33,213 nucleotides of DNA from Conidiobolus incongruus B7586 (Eukaryota), in the NCBI GenBank assembly GCA_000697335.1, contig JNEM01013741.1, forward strand, positions 1 through 33,213, given 5' to 3'. Of this stretch, positions 1-13,083 are shown one piece after another. The stretch's first letter is position 1; each line of letters begins with the position of its first letter. The notes beneath the pieces are model-generated. The model saw only the letters and a list, made by a program, of their open reading frames with translations. It was not told where the DNA came from and ran no database searches. The position numbers were made by a program, and so were the translations under genes.

Positions 1-483
1 AATATAAATTATTATAATAAATTTTAATATTATATATTATGTTTATTTAATTTCTAAAGTAAAGTCATTTAATAATAAAATCTATTTTGTTTTTTATAAT
101 ATTATTTTTAATTGATATTTTTAATAAAATTAAGGCTATAAAATATTTTTTTAAAAAAATAATTAGAAAAAAACTAATATATTTAGTATATTTACTAGAT
201 TATAACCAATATGATTATAATATAATAAGTAATTTAAAAAATCAACTTATAAATAAAAAAATATTAATAAAAAATTTAATTAGTTTATAAAATATTAAAT
301 TTCATTCTTTAATAATAAGGATTATTTTTTAAATATTAAAAGCTTACCAAAGATATAACAGAGTTATTAATAATAAAAATAAGTATTGATTTTTTATGAT
401 ATATATATTTGTAATTTATATATTAAAATGATTATTTATTTTATATCTCAAAAAATTTTCATTATTTAATATTTAAGATAATA
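1..483 (+). mobile_element. Degenerate mariner (Tc1/mariner) element, 3' part; 5' part lies outside the window
   Basis: About 140-400 aligns by eye with 14040-14290 (tatttagtatatttactagattataaccaatatgattataa vs tatctagtatattcacttgattataacctatatgattataa; tattaaaagcttac..gagttattaataataaaa is in both). Translation YLVYLLDYNQYD is a decayed HPxYSPDxxPxD; SLPKI*Q.VINNK is a decayed xLPxRWxxVI. A right-TIR-like sequence at 448-483 ends in TA. Confidence 0.8.
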
Positions 484-939
484 TCAAAAAATAAATTGAT
501 TAAATGATGAATTGATAGCTTTTTTGGTGAATATTTATACTGTTCAATATATAACCAAGTATTAAGGATCATCTTTATGTTGTAAAAAGCTATAATTGTA
601 TATCTAAAAACTGAATGTAAAAAATTTTAATTAAATATTTGATTATCTAATAATAATTAATACTTATTTAATTTGAATAAGAATTAAATATCCTTTATTA
701 TTCAAAATCGCTATAGAACAAAAATAATTTCTCAAAAAATAGACATATTTTATCCAAACAACTATATCAATTGTATTCGATTGACTAATCTTATATATTA
801 TAACAGACTATACATGTATACATGTTATTTTTTTGGTATATTAAAATTTATTAAATTGAAAAAAAGTGAAATTGTACATAAGTTTAGCATAATTAAAGAT
901 AATTGGATTAATTTGATATCTGGTATTTGTTACAGTATT

Positions 940-1283
940 ATTACCACACAGGAGCCTATACTTTCAGCTAGTATCCCTATATCAACCAAATGAATAATCA
1001 TTCTTCCCTCGTATGCAGACTCGCTTACTCTTCATTCATTGATTGGTTATTTAACAAAGCCACCGCAGTAACTCTTAATTTACTTTACCCAATCCATATT
1101 TTAAAAACTCGGAATTTTGTGATTCATACTAAGATCTTCCAGAGGTAGGCCCTCCCTGCTATTTGACGGAATCAGTAAAACTCCCTCTCAACCCATCTTA
1201 TGGCCGAATATCCTTGATCACCTCCTCCCTTTACTAATTCTAATCAGAATACTGGTTCCACAAGAAGTGTTAATTCGCTATAA
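940..1283 (+). pseudogene. GC-richer decayed coding-like fragment, Pro/Ser-rich, product unknown
   Basis: GC island in AT-rich flanks. One frame reads ...YQPNE*SFFPRMQTRLL...SY*DLPEVGPPCYLTESVKLPLNPSYGR with several TAA stops (possibly CAA>TAA) and a PPxY motif. No family recognised. Confidence 0.35.
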
Positions 1284-2494
1284 ATATTATCATATCATGG
1301 TTATTTATTGAGGATAAAATGCTCATAAAAGTTGATTTTCAAAAATTCGCACTCATATAATCTGAATCAAGGACAAGTGGTTATAGCAATAAATCAATTA
1401 TAAGTTAATTATGCAACATATAAAACTAAAATATTGGATTTATGTGAAATTTTATATATTGGCAACACCTTTTTCAATAATTAACTATGAACAACTAGAT
1501 ACATTGTAAAATGAAAAATCCAATTATTCGTTAATCAATGCTTAATGATAAATTTAAAATAAATATATCTTGATTTAATTTAGCACAATATTTTTAATTT
1601 TAGAAATGAAACCATAATAGTTAAAATAGATAAATTCTGAACATAATAAATTTGTGAAATTAAATATAATCTTAATTCAAATAATTTACTTTATATCATG
1701 TAATTGTACAAAGCACTTAATTGCTTAATATTATAATAATGAATATGGAGTATTTTAATAATCACTTGAAATAATTTTTTTCAATAGATCAAATTATGAA
1801 TTTTAAATTTTTATAATTAAATTAGTCAGTCAATCATATTAATCAAATAAAAACTGTATAGTTATTTAGTAGTTTGAAAATAATTATAGATATTATTTAT
1901 TTCGCCAAGATATAAAATAAAGCATATTTACAACTTAATTCAATTTTGTATATAATAAAATTTAAAGGATTAAAATTGATCAACTAACAATTTATGGTTC
2001 TAATGATGGCATTTCAAAAGATCTGATGCTTCAGTCAAATTTCTATTTGAAATTGGTCATTAATCAAATGCCAATTAATTGCCTTTGAATTAATTGAACG
2101 GAATTAAAAAATTCATTAAACAATATATGCTTTTTATTTAAATCAAATCAAATATTCTGTTACTATACACTTGTTACAATAAGATATTACACAAGACTTG
2201 AATAATACATAATAGTGGTTGAATTTTTGATGAAATATATATTACGCCATTTATTAATTTTGAAATTTTGAGGTTTTATTAAATTCAAATTAAATTTATT
2301 GCATTTGTATTTATAATGAATTTTAGCCAATAAAACGTTTGGAAAGAAGTATAAATTTGATATATTACTAAATATAATATCCAATATTTGAAGAGAGTTA
2401 AGTTTGGTAAATTTCTATTCAATATTTGATTTTATAAATTTATTAGGATTTATTAATTGAAATTTATCCAAAATTCGGATAGATTTTAACAATT

Positions 2495-2525
<31 letters not shown>

Positions 2526-2844
2526 CAAGTTTAAAAAACTTTTGAAACTTATAGTTTATTATATCTCTTAATATATATTAGTATCCAGTCATCATTGATA
2601 TTTTCTATTAAATACTATATATCTGAAATAATACATATTTACATTAAAGCAAGTCTAAAATTAGAAGCACATTAAATTTTACATAAATTCAATAATTTTT
2701 TCTATTGGTTATATTAAGAATTTAAATTTTTAGGGTTAAATTGTTGGCCAAATATTTTGTATTAATTTTAAAATTACATATAAATTAATAGTAAATTCGA
2801 TTTTTTATTTTGCTTTTTTGTCAATTCGATTGATTTGAAAAAAT

Positions 2845-3639
2845 ATGAAATTTTATTATCTATTGCTGAGTGCTTGTTCGATATTAAGTGTCTTGGCTAA
2901 TAGCTTATATTCTAGGTCGTTAGGTATATTTGAGCTGATATTGGTTAAATCGATTTTTATTAATTGTTGTTTAGGTCCTGATTCAAATCATTTACTATTA
3001 AGAAGACAAGATTCTTTTGATTCTTGTCCTCCTCTAGGGGAATGTAATTGTCGTAAAGATGAACAATGTCAACTTCAAGCAAGGACAGTAACATCATGTG
3101 CCAAATACATTTGCGTTCCAGAACCTTCAAAGGATTCCAATCCTTTACCAGTAGCTTTAGGTGTGGTTTTTGGGATTTTGGGATTTCTTCTAGTGTGTTT
3201 TTCGGGATTTTATTGGGTTAAAAGACAAGAAATTAAACAAGCTGGTGGTCTTATTAAATATATTCAACAAAAGAGCAAATGGCCAACACCCAGTTTCCCA
3301 TACAATGGTATCACTCGCTCCAATAGCGGTGTCTCTTCGTATCACCCGAATAACCAATCGATCTCGAGAACTCCTTCTATCTTATTGGAAGCCAAACCCG
3401 AGAAAATTAATTTCAACAATGGCTTGCAAGCTAAAGTAGTAGATTTAGACTCCAACAGCCGTGTCCAATCCATGCTTGCTACAGTTACCCCTCAAGTGGT
3501 ATCCTCGCAAACTGTTGCACAAACTCCTGTGGTATCCAACTTTTCAGAAATCAAATCAGACTCCGAAATTCATCCATCTACTGAATTTTTTTCTATTCAT
3601 AACGAACAAATCACTCCTCCACGCACTCCTCAAAATTAA
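2845..3639 (+). CDS. Single-pass membrane protein: signal peptide, Opy2-like Cys-rich ectodomain, TM helix, Ser/Thr/Pro-rich cytoplasmic tail
   Basis: Hydrophobic N-terminus MKFYYLLLSACSILSVLA. Probable in-frame 51 nt intron 2924-2974 (G|gtatat..ttag|GT). Ectodomain CPPLGECNCRKDEQCQLQARTVTSCAKYIC resembles the Opy2 Cys spacing. TM PVALGVVFGILGFLLVCFSGFYWV is followed by KR. Confidence 0.75.
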   Translation: MKFYYLLLSACSILSVLANSLYSRSLGIFELILVKSIFINCCLGPDSNHLLLRRQDSFDSCPPLGECNCRKDEQCQLQARTVTSCAKYICVPEPSKDSNPLPVALGVVFGILGFLLVCFSGFYWVKRQEIKQAGGLIKYIQQKSKWPTPSFPYNGITRSNSGVSSYHPNNQSISRTPSILLEAKPEKINFNNGLQAKVVDLDSNSRVQSMLATVTPQVVSSQTVAQTPVVSNFSEIKSDSEIHPSTEFFSIHNEQITPPRTPQN

Positions 3640-3960
3640 TTTATTTACAACTTAACTTTCAGTACCTCTTTTAAATAGCTGTTCAACTGGTTTGAAGGTT
3701 ATTTTTTAGAGAGGCTTTGATCTCTTAATTCTGAGCCAATATAATTCACAAATACATATCATATCCTCTTCCAAAATGCAATCAATCCAAATTGGTAAAT
3801 TGCAGTAAATTATTTCATGTACTTACATATACTCATTCGACCTAAAATTTAAATTATCATTAATTAATAAACAAAATTTATTTTGGTTAAAATGATAGTC
3901 TTTATTTATTTAAATTCTTGGCTATATCTTTAACTCCTCTAATATCCATTTTTCTTATAC

Positions 3961-3992
3961 CATATTATCATATTATCATATTATCATATTAT
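3961..3992. repeat. (CATATTAT)x4 tandem repeat
   Basis: Four direct copies of catattat read from the sequence. Confidence 0.9.
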
Positions 3993-4658
3993 TGATAAGT
4001 TACATTAAGAATTACCTACATTAATTATTGTTCTCACAATGGGATATTATATAGATAAAAAGAAAACTTGAATACCGGAAATAAATTGTTTATCATATCC
4101 ACTTCTTGGAAGTTCCATTGTGTAAACCTTTGTTGAAAATACAAATTTTGGTAAATGTTTTAATAATGTGATTATAAATACAGGATGTTTATCATATAAT
4201 TAAGCTATATTGAGATGAAATTTTAAATTTAGAATAATGATATTGTTATTACAAGATATATAACAACCTTAATCTAACATTATTGCTAAAAAACTAATAT
4301 TATAATATGAAATATACTGCATTTTAAACAATTGAAATAGTTGTGGTATTTCCAAAATTAAGCCCAGAAAGTGATTTTGTTCCAGACCTCCTCACCCCTA
4401 ATTTCACATCTCACTTTAATTAGTATGTGATATTATTTTAGATGTTAATTAATTGAGAAATATTATACATATTATAATTATCAATGTTTGGTTTTAAATT
4501 TAATTCTTAATTGTGAATGATTTGGAATTTGCGAGATTAAAAACTATTAAAAATATTAATATAAGCGAATAAATGTTTTATTAATTGTTAAATAATATAC
4601 ATTAGTGCAAATTGTTAATGATAATATGGGAGATCAATACATCTTATAATCCGATATC

Positions 4659-7159
4659 TCAATTTGATTTTTTTCTTAATGTCTCTAATTGAAATTCCAA
4701 CTCTTTTATTTCCTTTTCATATTTGTTCTGATTTAAAAAGGTTAGAATAGCCAATATGTAAATAATCCTTTTTAAATCTTACCTGCAAGATAAGCTTATA
4801 TTGCTGATGATCTTGTATCAAAGAATTTAACTCATCTTCTCTACCCTTCTCATGCTAATGATTTTGTTTAATACATTTATTTTGAGAATTTAACTTTTAA
4901 TTTACAATTTCAATTTGTTGATTGAAATTATTTCGAAGATTATTTGATCTTTCAATAAATTGAGAGTGAATAGAAGGTCCTAATTCTTCTAATAATTTCA
5001 AAATCTCATCAAGAGAATAATCCTTTCAAAAAATATAGTTAATATAGGGGTATGTATTTCTTAATTACCTTTGTACTATCAAAATTGAAATCCCAATCAA
5101 CAAGATCCTCTTTGGAAGCAGTTAATACTTCTTTCTAATTCAGGTTTAAATTAATATTTTTCAATTGAAAATAAATATTACTATTTGATTCTTTTTGTCA
5201 GTTTCAATCTTATCAGTTCTTCAAATAATTAATAAATTATTAATAAAATTGATTTTTAATCATTTACTTTAAACGGGTATCAAGAAAGTTATTTTTCAAT
5301 TCAAGTTCTTTTAACTTTGCTTCTTCGATTAACTTTTGTCTATGCCATATATAGCAATGAATATATAAGATAGATGGTTTGAATACCTTACTATATCACT
5401 TAAACTATTGGCCACGGTATCAATAATTGTTATAACTTCATCAAACCTACAATTGAATTTATTTTGCAAATGTTAAAATATTTAATTGATAAAAAATTTT
5501 CATAATTTTTATCAAAAATTTACTTTGAAGTATCGAAGCCATTTTCATCTGATTCTTTTTCAATCTTTTCAGCATTTTTTAAATTGATTTCGAATCTAAT
5601 ATTATTTATAAGATAGTTTAAATTTTTATGAAACATTTTACTTTTCAATATTTAATTGAATATTATTTAAAATTTCAAATATTCTCACACTAATGTTTTT
5701 GAATGACCTAGAATAAACCGATTAATTAACTATTCATTATAAAATCTAAAACAAAATCTGATATTACTCCATATCTTTTCCAGAACTTAATTTTTCGCGA
5801 TAATTTTGAATATCTGCAATGCTAAGGTTATTATCATTTTTTGATTCCAGTATTTGCTGATTTTTTATATAAAATTGTTCAATATATATTTTTGTTGAAG
5901 ATTTAATAGCTTAAAAATATTAAAATTATGCGGACTAGAACCTTTTGATGTTATAATATACCTTTTATTTTTTCATAGCATATTTTTTTGGATTTTAATT
6001 TTCCTTGAATTATATCCATTTTACATTCAACCTTTGAAATAATTTGATGAACTGAATTCACTTTAGATGTCAATTTTGAAATTTGATTCTTTAAATTGCA
6101 AATATTATCTAGAATTGGATCATATTTAAAAATGTAATATAATATTAATGTATATAATTACTATAATATGGAATATAATACTCTTCCAATCGTTGGTATA
6201 ATTTTAAATAGTCTATTTGAATGTTTCACATGAAATTATTTCATCTGTTTAATCAAATATTTACTCTTTTTGAATTCAACTGTAAGAGAGATATTATCTT
6301 GATAGATATTTTTAATTAAATATAATAATTCAATTGTGGTATTAATATTTTCCTAAACATTGTTATCCCCAATATACTTTCATTAGAAAACCGCTGTACC
6401 TTTGAAATACGCCAAAGGCATAAAATTTCTTGAAATCTATCATAAATCAATAAATGAACTGAGAAATTAATCAGAATTTAAATTTGCATTTTATAATTAG
6501 AATTTTGAAACTCTTGATATTGATTTAATAATTCTGAAGCCCTCTTAAAGTTTTCATAATTTGAATTGATTTTATTCTTGTTATTTTCTAAAGTTGCATT
6601 TATTTCCCAAATTTTATTGAACTAAAAATTAAATTAAAGGTAAAATAATAATTTTGTATAATATTACCAGTTCAATATTTTGAAAACTTTCACTTTGATA
6701 TTTCTTTAATGCAGTTGGAATAAGATTATGAAAATCACAAAGAATTTCACCAAAATTTTTATCATTTGATCCTTGAATATCATGTTAGTGTTTGTAGTAT
6801 TAATTAATTATAGCTATTACCAGATTTAGCTGTATTTTCGATATCAGCTGAGTTTGATCTTTGAGAGTTTAATAAATGATCCTAAACAACATTATTATTT
6901 TGTTTGTTAAATTAATCTTGCAATTTTACCATATTTTTTTGTTCATGTTTGACAATTGGTTGCAATTTTTGAGGTAAAGGAGAATCTCGATGAGTAGTTA
7001 AATCAATTGATTTTTGAAACTTGGAGGTTGACTGAATAAAGTTAATATAATAAGTTAATGGCAATTATTGATTTAATATACTAAAATATTTCCAGTTATT
7101 GGTGTAGATTGTCGACGAGCATTTTTCTTAAAATCTTCGGATTTTTTGAAAGAAAACAT
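4659..7159 (-). CDS. Multi-exon (roughly 15-20 short exons) coiled-coil protein of unknown function
   Basis: Manual splicing gives exons 7159-7082 (MFSFKKSEDFKKNARRQSTPITGNIL), 7031-6930, 6881-6821, 6771-6668, 6621-6488, 6436-6400 and more, with phase-compatible ~50 nt introns. The last exons read HEKGREDELNSLIQDHQQYKLILQ|NKYEKEIKELEFQLETLRKKSN* (TGA 4659-4661). Middle junctions were not fully resolved. Confidence 0.75.
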
Positions 7160-8466
7160 AATAGAAATCTGTGATGAGGAAGTGTTTGAATATTAGGAAT
7201 GCAGTTGACTAAATAGTTTTTATACATTTATTGAATGCGATTATGATTTAATATTGGCATTCATCTAGATTTTCCTTATAAGGATATTCGACTATAAATC
7301 TTAAACTATTAAAGTATTAGATTGATAAATTGTATAGAACACACGCACGCACATAAACAAGTAAATATATACTTGTTGATTATATTATTTTTGAAATCTG
7401 ATCAAATTCGATGTGGTTTCTGAAGATATAATCATGTTAAAAAATCATAAACCTTTTTTTGTATTATCTTGAACCAAAGCAAATTCAATTACTTCAATAT
7501 TGAATCAAATTATATTCAAATATTTTTAATACATTAAAAATAAATTATAATTTGAAAAATTGGTATTACATTTGACAGATTGAATATTGTATTGACCCAA
7601 TTCATTTAACATCCTTAAACTACTCACTATAAATATAATGTAAACTGCATTTATTATTTATATAATGTTCTACAAGATATCATTTAAATGTAATAAATAT
7701 ATTTGATAATGATTACTTGAATATATCACTTTAAATTAAAATTTATTATTAATACGGATGATGTGTAAAATAGTTTAATTAATAAAAATTAAGCATTTAT
7801 ATTTATATGCAAATTTAACAAATCAAAGTAACAAACAAATGATTTTAATGAATAATTAAAATCTCATGCGATATTAAATATCAAATGTTAAGTAAAAAAC
7901 TTTTAAAAATATATATATTAAAATATGATTCAATATATGATGATTGAAATATTTATTTTTAATTTGTATTTGTATTTGGGATACTGAATTTTAAGAAATT
8001 AACAAAATGATGCACTCAGGTATTAGAGATATAAAGTTAATTAAATTTCTATCAAATAAAGTTGAAGTTTTACGTTCAATATTATTAGAGATATTGATAA
8101 TATTAAATCTATTACTATAAATAATATCGCATAGATGAACTAATAAAATGAATTATATCTTTTTAATTTTTTATTATTCGAAATAATAATTAAATAAATC
8201 CGAACTCTATAAATAGTACCAAACAATCTAAATTTATTTTTTTTCATTCTGAATATCCAAAATAGTTATTTTTGAACAATAATATATATATATATATATA
8301 TATTATATTAATCATAAGATAATATCAATATTATATTTTCATTTATAAAATAAATCTAAATTATTCCAATATGAAAAATTAAGATAAATAAATTTTATTA
8401 TTATTACAATACATAAAAACAGATAGATTAATAAAAATAAATATATTAAAAATTTTTTAAAAAAAA

Positions 8467-8821
8467 TTATTGTTCTTTCTTTTCAATAGTAGTTACACTA
8501 ATAAAAATAAATAATAAATAAATATTTAGTGAAATAATTATATTATAAAATTTACCTCTTTGCTTCTTTTGATTTCTTTTCAAGTTCCCTCTGCTTCATT
8601 TCTTCTTCAGTATAGAATATCCTCTGGCTCCAAGGTCTATTATCCTCTTCGGGCTGAGTATTGGGTTGTCTTAGTCTGGCTTCCAGCTCCTTCATCTTTT
8701 CAGCTCGAGTCAATCGGTTTCGTAACAAGATCCAAATGACCACGATGAATATAGTGATCAACTTATCGTAAGGTTTAGTTATTTCGAATAATTTAGTTAA
8801 ATACTCGTTTATAATACTCAT
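8467..8821 (-). CDS. Small (~98 aa) single-TM protein with a charged coiled-coil tail; weak resemblance to Pga2-type ER proteins
   Basis: Exon 1 8821-8556, intron 8555-8498 (gtaaat..ttag), exon 2 8497-8467 (SVTTIEKKEQ*). TM LITIFIVVIWILL is followed by RNR. Confidence 0.75.
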
Positions 8822-9099
8822 TTTTAATTTATTATTTATATATTTTTATAATTTCGAGATAGAAAGTATTAGTTTTGATATCTATTGTAATCCTTTTATA
8901 CTTTATTTTTTTTTTGATTTTTTATCTCTATTTAAAACTATCCAATCAATCATAACAATTAAAATCATGTTCATATAAATTAATTTAATTCATTCAAAAT
9001 TATAAACAATTTCCAAATATTGTTTTATAATAAACATGAAAATTTATTTACAAAATATTTGGCCTATATAACATTGATAACTCTTTAGATTAATATAGA

Positions 9100-10266
9100 T
9101 TAGAAGGGGAATAGTAGAAATGGGATGGTACATGTGATACTTGCTATTAAACTAATAACAATAATACGATTCTTAACCAGCTTTAAATAGTTGATCGCTT
9201 TGCAGCTATCTTTAGGAGGAGAAATGGAAATGATACTGGGTTCTATCAATTTGGCTGAACTTAATGAAGTAGCATTGTTCATAACGACGGATTGATCATT
9301 AGAATCAACGGACATCTCTTCATCCTTAGTCTTATTCGTTTGAGGCCTTTTGAAAGAATATTTGCGATTCATAATCGAATTTCTGACCCAATTACCACTA
9401 CCACCATTACTTGCATCATCCAACTTTTGTGATTTAAATATGCCTAAAATATGCACCAAATTAAAAACTCCGTAAATTGCGCATAAAATACTTGCAAAAA
9501 ATAGGAACCAGATGGGATTGACAAGGAAGCGATACCATCTATTGACCTTAAATACAAACAATAGAGCGTATACAATGACAATTAGAGTACCAAAGACAAT
9601 AATTAACCCAATATTTAATAAAAAGTCCAACTGATTAATATTCTTTTGGTTATAACTAATGAATCGAGGGAATGAGTGATGATTTAATGTGCTATAAATA
9701 TGCTCATAAGCTTCCAAAAAGATCTTGGGTTCTGTTGTCTTTTGAATCTCTTTAAATAATTTGAGTGTGATGGATGAAGGTAAATTGAGTTCCATATTAG
9801 AGTCTGGTGAAAAGAAAGTGTCTATAACATCTTTTAATTCTATGGCGAATGGTAAATAGGGCGGTATCGTCAAATCGCTGATAGATTGATTCAACAGTGT
9901 ACTATTCTTCTTGTTGTTGTTTTGGCCATTACTTCGAAGATCTGGTATAATGATGCTTTTGGTGATATTGGGTATAGAACTGCGATGAGGATGTTCCTTT
10001 AATTGGAATTGACTCAGATTCGATATACTGCTCTTGGTATTGTGGCAAGCTTCGGGCATTCTAATATTTCCAAGAGACGTATTATTGTCCATGGGCCGAT
10101 TTTTATAAATCACACAATAACGTCGATACCATAGTAAAAACTCCAAATTCTCTTCACTATGCTCTACCTCTGTCAAGTATTGTTTTAAATCTTGTAAACT
10201 GAAAGGACTTTGAGTAATCCCTTCCAATATAATTTCCAAATCTATTTGATTTAAATAATGTGGCAT
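9100..10266 (-). CDS. RGS-domain protein with C-terminal transmembrane helices (fungal Rax1-like architecture)
   Basis: Intronless 388 aa ORF. Split RGS motifs SLQDLKQYLTEVEHSEENLEFLLWYRRY and FFSPDSNMELNLPSSI...IFLEAYEHIYSTL..SFPRF. Three hydrophobic segments (IGLIIVFGTLIVIVYALLFVF, FLVNPIWFLFFASILCAIY, IIVISLIASITCTIPFLLFPF). Confidence 0.88.
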   Translation of the reverse strand: MPHYLNQIDLEIILEGITQSPFSLQDLKQYLTEVEHSEENLEFLLWYRRYCVIYKNRPMDNNTSLGNIRMPEACHNTKSSISNLSQFQLKEHPHRSSIPNITKSIIIPDLRSNGQNNNKKNSTLLNQSISDLTIPPYLPFAIELKDVIDTFFSPDSNMELNLPSSITLKLFKEIQKTTEPKIFLEAYEHIYSTLNHHSFPRFISYNQKNINQLDFLLNIGLIIVFGTLIVIVYALLFVFKVNRWYRFLVNPIWFLFFASILCAIYGVFNLVHILGIFKSQKLDDASNGGSGNWVRNSIMNRKYSFKRPQTNKTKDEEMSVDSNDQSVVMNNATSLSSAKLIEPSIISISPPKDSCKAINYLKLVKNRIIVISLIASITCTIPFLLFPF

Positions 10267-13083
10267 TATAATAATCTATATACAATAATAATAATAATAA
10301 TAATAATAATAAACCAAATATTTAAACAAAAACCGATTAACGGAGGATTTAACCTGCCTTTATATACTCTAATGGATTTGACTGAAATTAATGCATTGAT
10401 TTTTAATTAATTTCATAAATGTTGAGGTTAAAGGTGTAATCATTTATATATCAATAATTCAAAAACAGTTTTTATTATAAGTTCAATAAAGATAATTAAC
10501 ATATATTAAAAATAATTAAGCATGTTAAACATTTATACATTTATTATATTATATTATTTATAGATAATTTAATAATAATTTTGAAGGCATTAGAAAATTT
10601 AAAAAATCAAAAATACCCATGAATTAGATTTGAATGAGGGTTCACATTACACTATTGGCGTCATTATTATAACCTTAATTAATTTCAACTTTCCATTCCC
10701 GCTGATATCAACTTGTTAAATTCTAAGAATTTGATTGTTTTTTGTCTATTATGTAATCTTGATTCATCGGTTACCCTTTTTTAATATTTACTAATATATA
10801 TATAATATGATTATAGTATTTAACAGGTTTTATTTATTTATATTCATTGTCAACTATAGGTTAAATATAATTTCATTTTATTATTAATATTTTAATAAAG
10901 AAAAATTACAAAATTAGTTTAATTATAAACTGATTAAAACAAAGAGAATATGATTTAATACTAAACTATGATTTATTGATTGATTATAGGGATGTTTTTT
11001 AGTAGTCTCATTGAGAAATCAATTAATCAGTTTTCAATAAATATACAGAAATATATAGAGGTTATTATAATTAATTCCTCTAGCATTTTCAGCCTAGGAA
11101 CAATTGATAAAATTTAAAAATTAATCAAAAATATTTTTAATTATCTAAAAATAACATACATCCACATGAAAAAAATTGTTTTCAATTTAATAATTAATTC
11201 AGGTCATTAAATTTTCAAAGTTTATAACAATTAAAATCATAATATTATTTTTTTACATATTGCAAATAATGTAATTATTAATGGTAAACATTCAATGAGA
11301 AATAACTGACTAATTGATAGATATCCATTTCAAAGGTTGTTTATATTGGAATTGGGTATAGTATTTTAATAGTAATAAACTTAAATATTATCCTTGAAGC
11401 TTCATACTTTAAATTAAGAACTTAATCCACATTAAAAATTAAATTTAAGATATTGTTATCGGATGATCAGTTAGTATTACAAAGTGTAACATATAAAAGT
11501 TTTGAAATTGGAAAACCTATATTAAATGTTGAATACTATATAATTTTGAAACTGAATTTATTATTGTGATTATAATATAATTGAAATAATTTATTACTAT
11601 TATTAAATTAAATTAGGACATGATACTTTGATATTGGTAATATTTTGGATATTTGAATATAATATAATATAATATTTTATTTTCATACAACTTTAATGCT
11701 TATTTCTTGAATAATGTTAAAAATTATGCAGATTTGAAAACAAAATGTTTTGAATTTATCATCAGTACCCTAAAAACATAATGGTATTTTATATAGTATT
11801 GAAACTAAATATTTATATATAAATATATGGAATAAAGGGTGTTAAATTACAAAATCATACCGATTTTTTGGTTGATTATTATTATTAATATAACTGTTAT
11901 TTTATATAAAGTCAATTTAGAATTTAAATAATAAAATATTCAATGTAACATGTTCTATTTATTATTTCTAAATTATCATAAAATAATTAAATATATGATT
12001 AATATATCAGTACTGTAAATTATGATCCAAATGTAATCATTTTTGAAACAGCTTGATAAAAACGATAAAAGAGTATTTGAGGGTTTTTGGCTGTACATTT
12101 CTTGATTCCTTATATTGTTTTAACATTATATTTATAACAAATTTAGAGGTTGAATGAAATTAATTTGGAAATTTAAATTAATTATCAGTTAAATAGGTCT
12201 CAATGATTGAGTCATTTACATCAATTCTGCATTCAAGCGGTATTGGGCTATTTGAAAGATATTTATAGGATATATAAGCACGGATATATCATTAATATTT
12301 CTTCATCAAGTACTAACAACATCAAAATCGGTTATTAAACACACAATTTCTTTATGATTTTCATATGTAAAATTAAATGATGACACCAATATGATTATTT
12401 GGGTTATTTACCTAATTAATAAAATCTTGAAGGCTAGTAAACAAGGTACTCAAAAGTAGTGTATAGAATAGAGTACACTAATCCTTAAAGTTATTAGTTA
12501 TACTATATTTTCGAGAATACTAAGTTATTTTAATATCTGGCTAATGAAAATTCTAAGATAAAGAGTGATATTATTATATATTGGTATATTTATACAAATG
12601 ATCTTCATTTGTAGTCATCCTTGAATAATACTTATTAATATGCATTAATTATATAATCAAAGATTCTTTCATCAAGAGTAAATGTAAATAAATATATATA
12701 TAAATCTAAAGTATATCTATAATAATAATTATGAATTTAATATAGTTCAAAAATTATCAATGGTTTAATTATAATTTATTAATAGGTAATATTTGTAAAA
12801 CTAAAATTATTGATTATATTATTGAATATATTATTAAAAAATTAAACTTTATACTAATTTTAATATTGATTATAAATATGATCAATTTAATAGCATTCCA
12901 ATTTTAAATATATAAAAGAAAATTTACATAAAATATATTAAATTTGATTTTTAAATTTTAATAATAATAAATTAATATAATTCTATATATTATTAAGTAT
13001 AAATAATATCAATAGGGATAGTCTTTAATTATAATAAATAATAATAATTAATAATATTTAAAGAATAAAAATAAAAATGATAA

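Noticed and set aside
2007..2073. TGGCATTT/AAATGCCA inverted repeat
   Set aside because: Short, with no consistent inner stem or snoRNA boxes; could be chance.
12190..12500. Slightly GC-richer patch that may be a decayed gene (similar patch near 4020-4420)
   Set aside because: No recognisable motif; stop-rich frames are expected by chance at this AT content.
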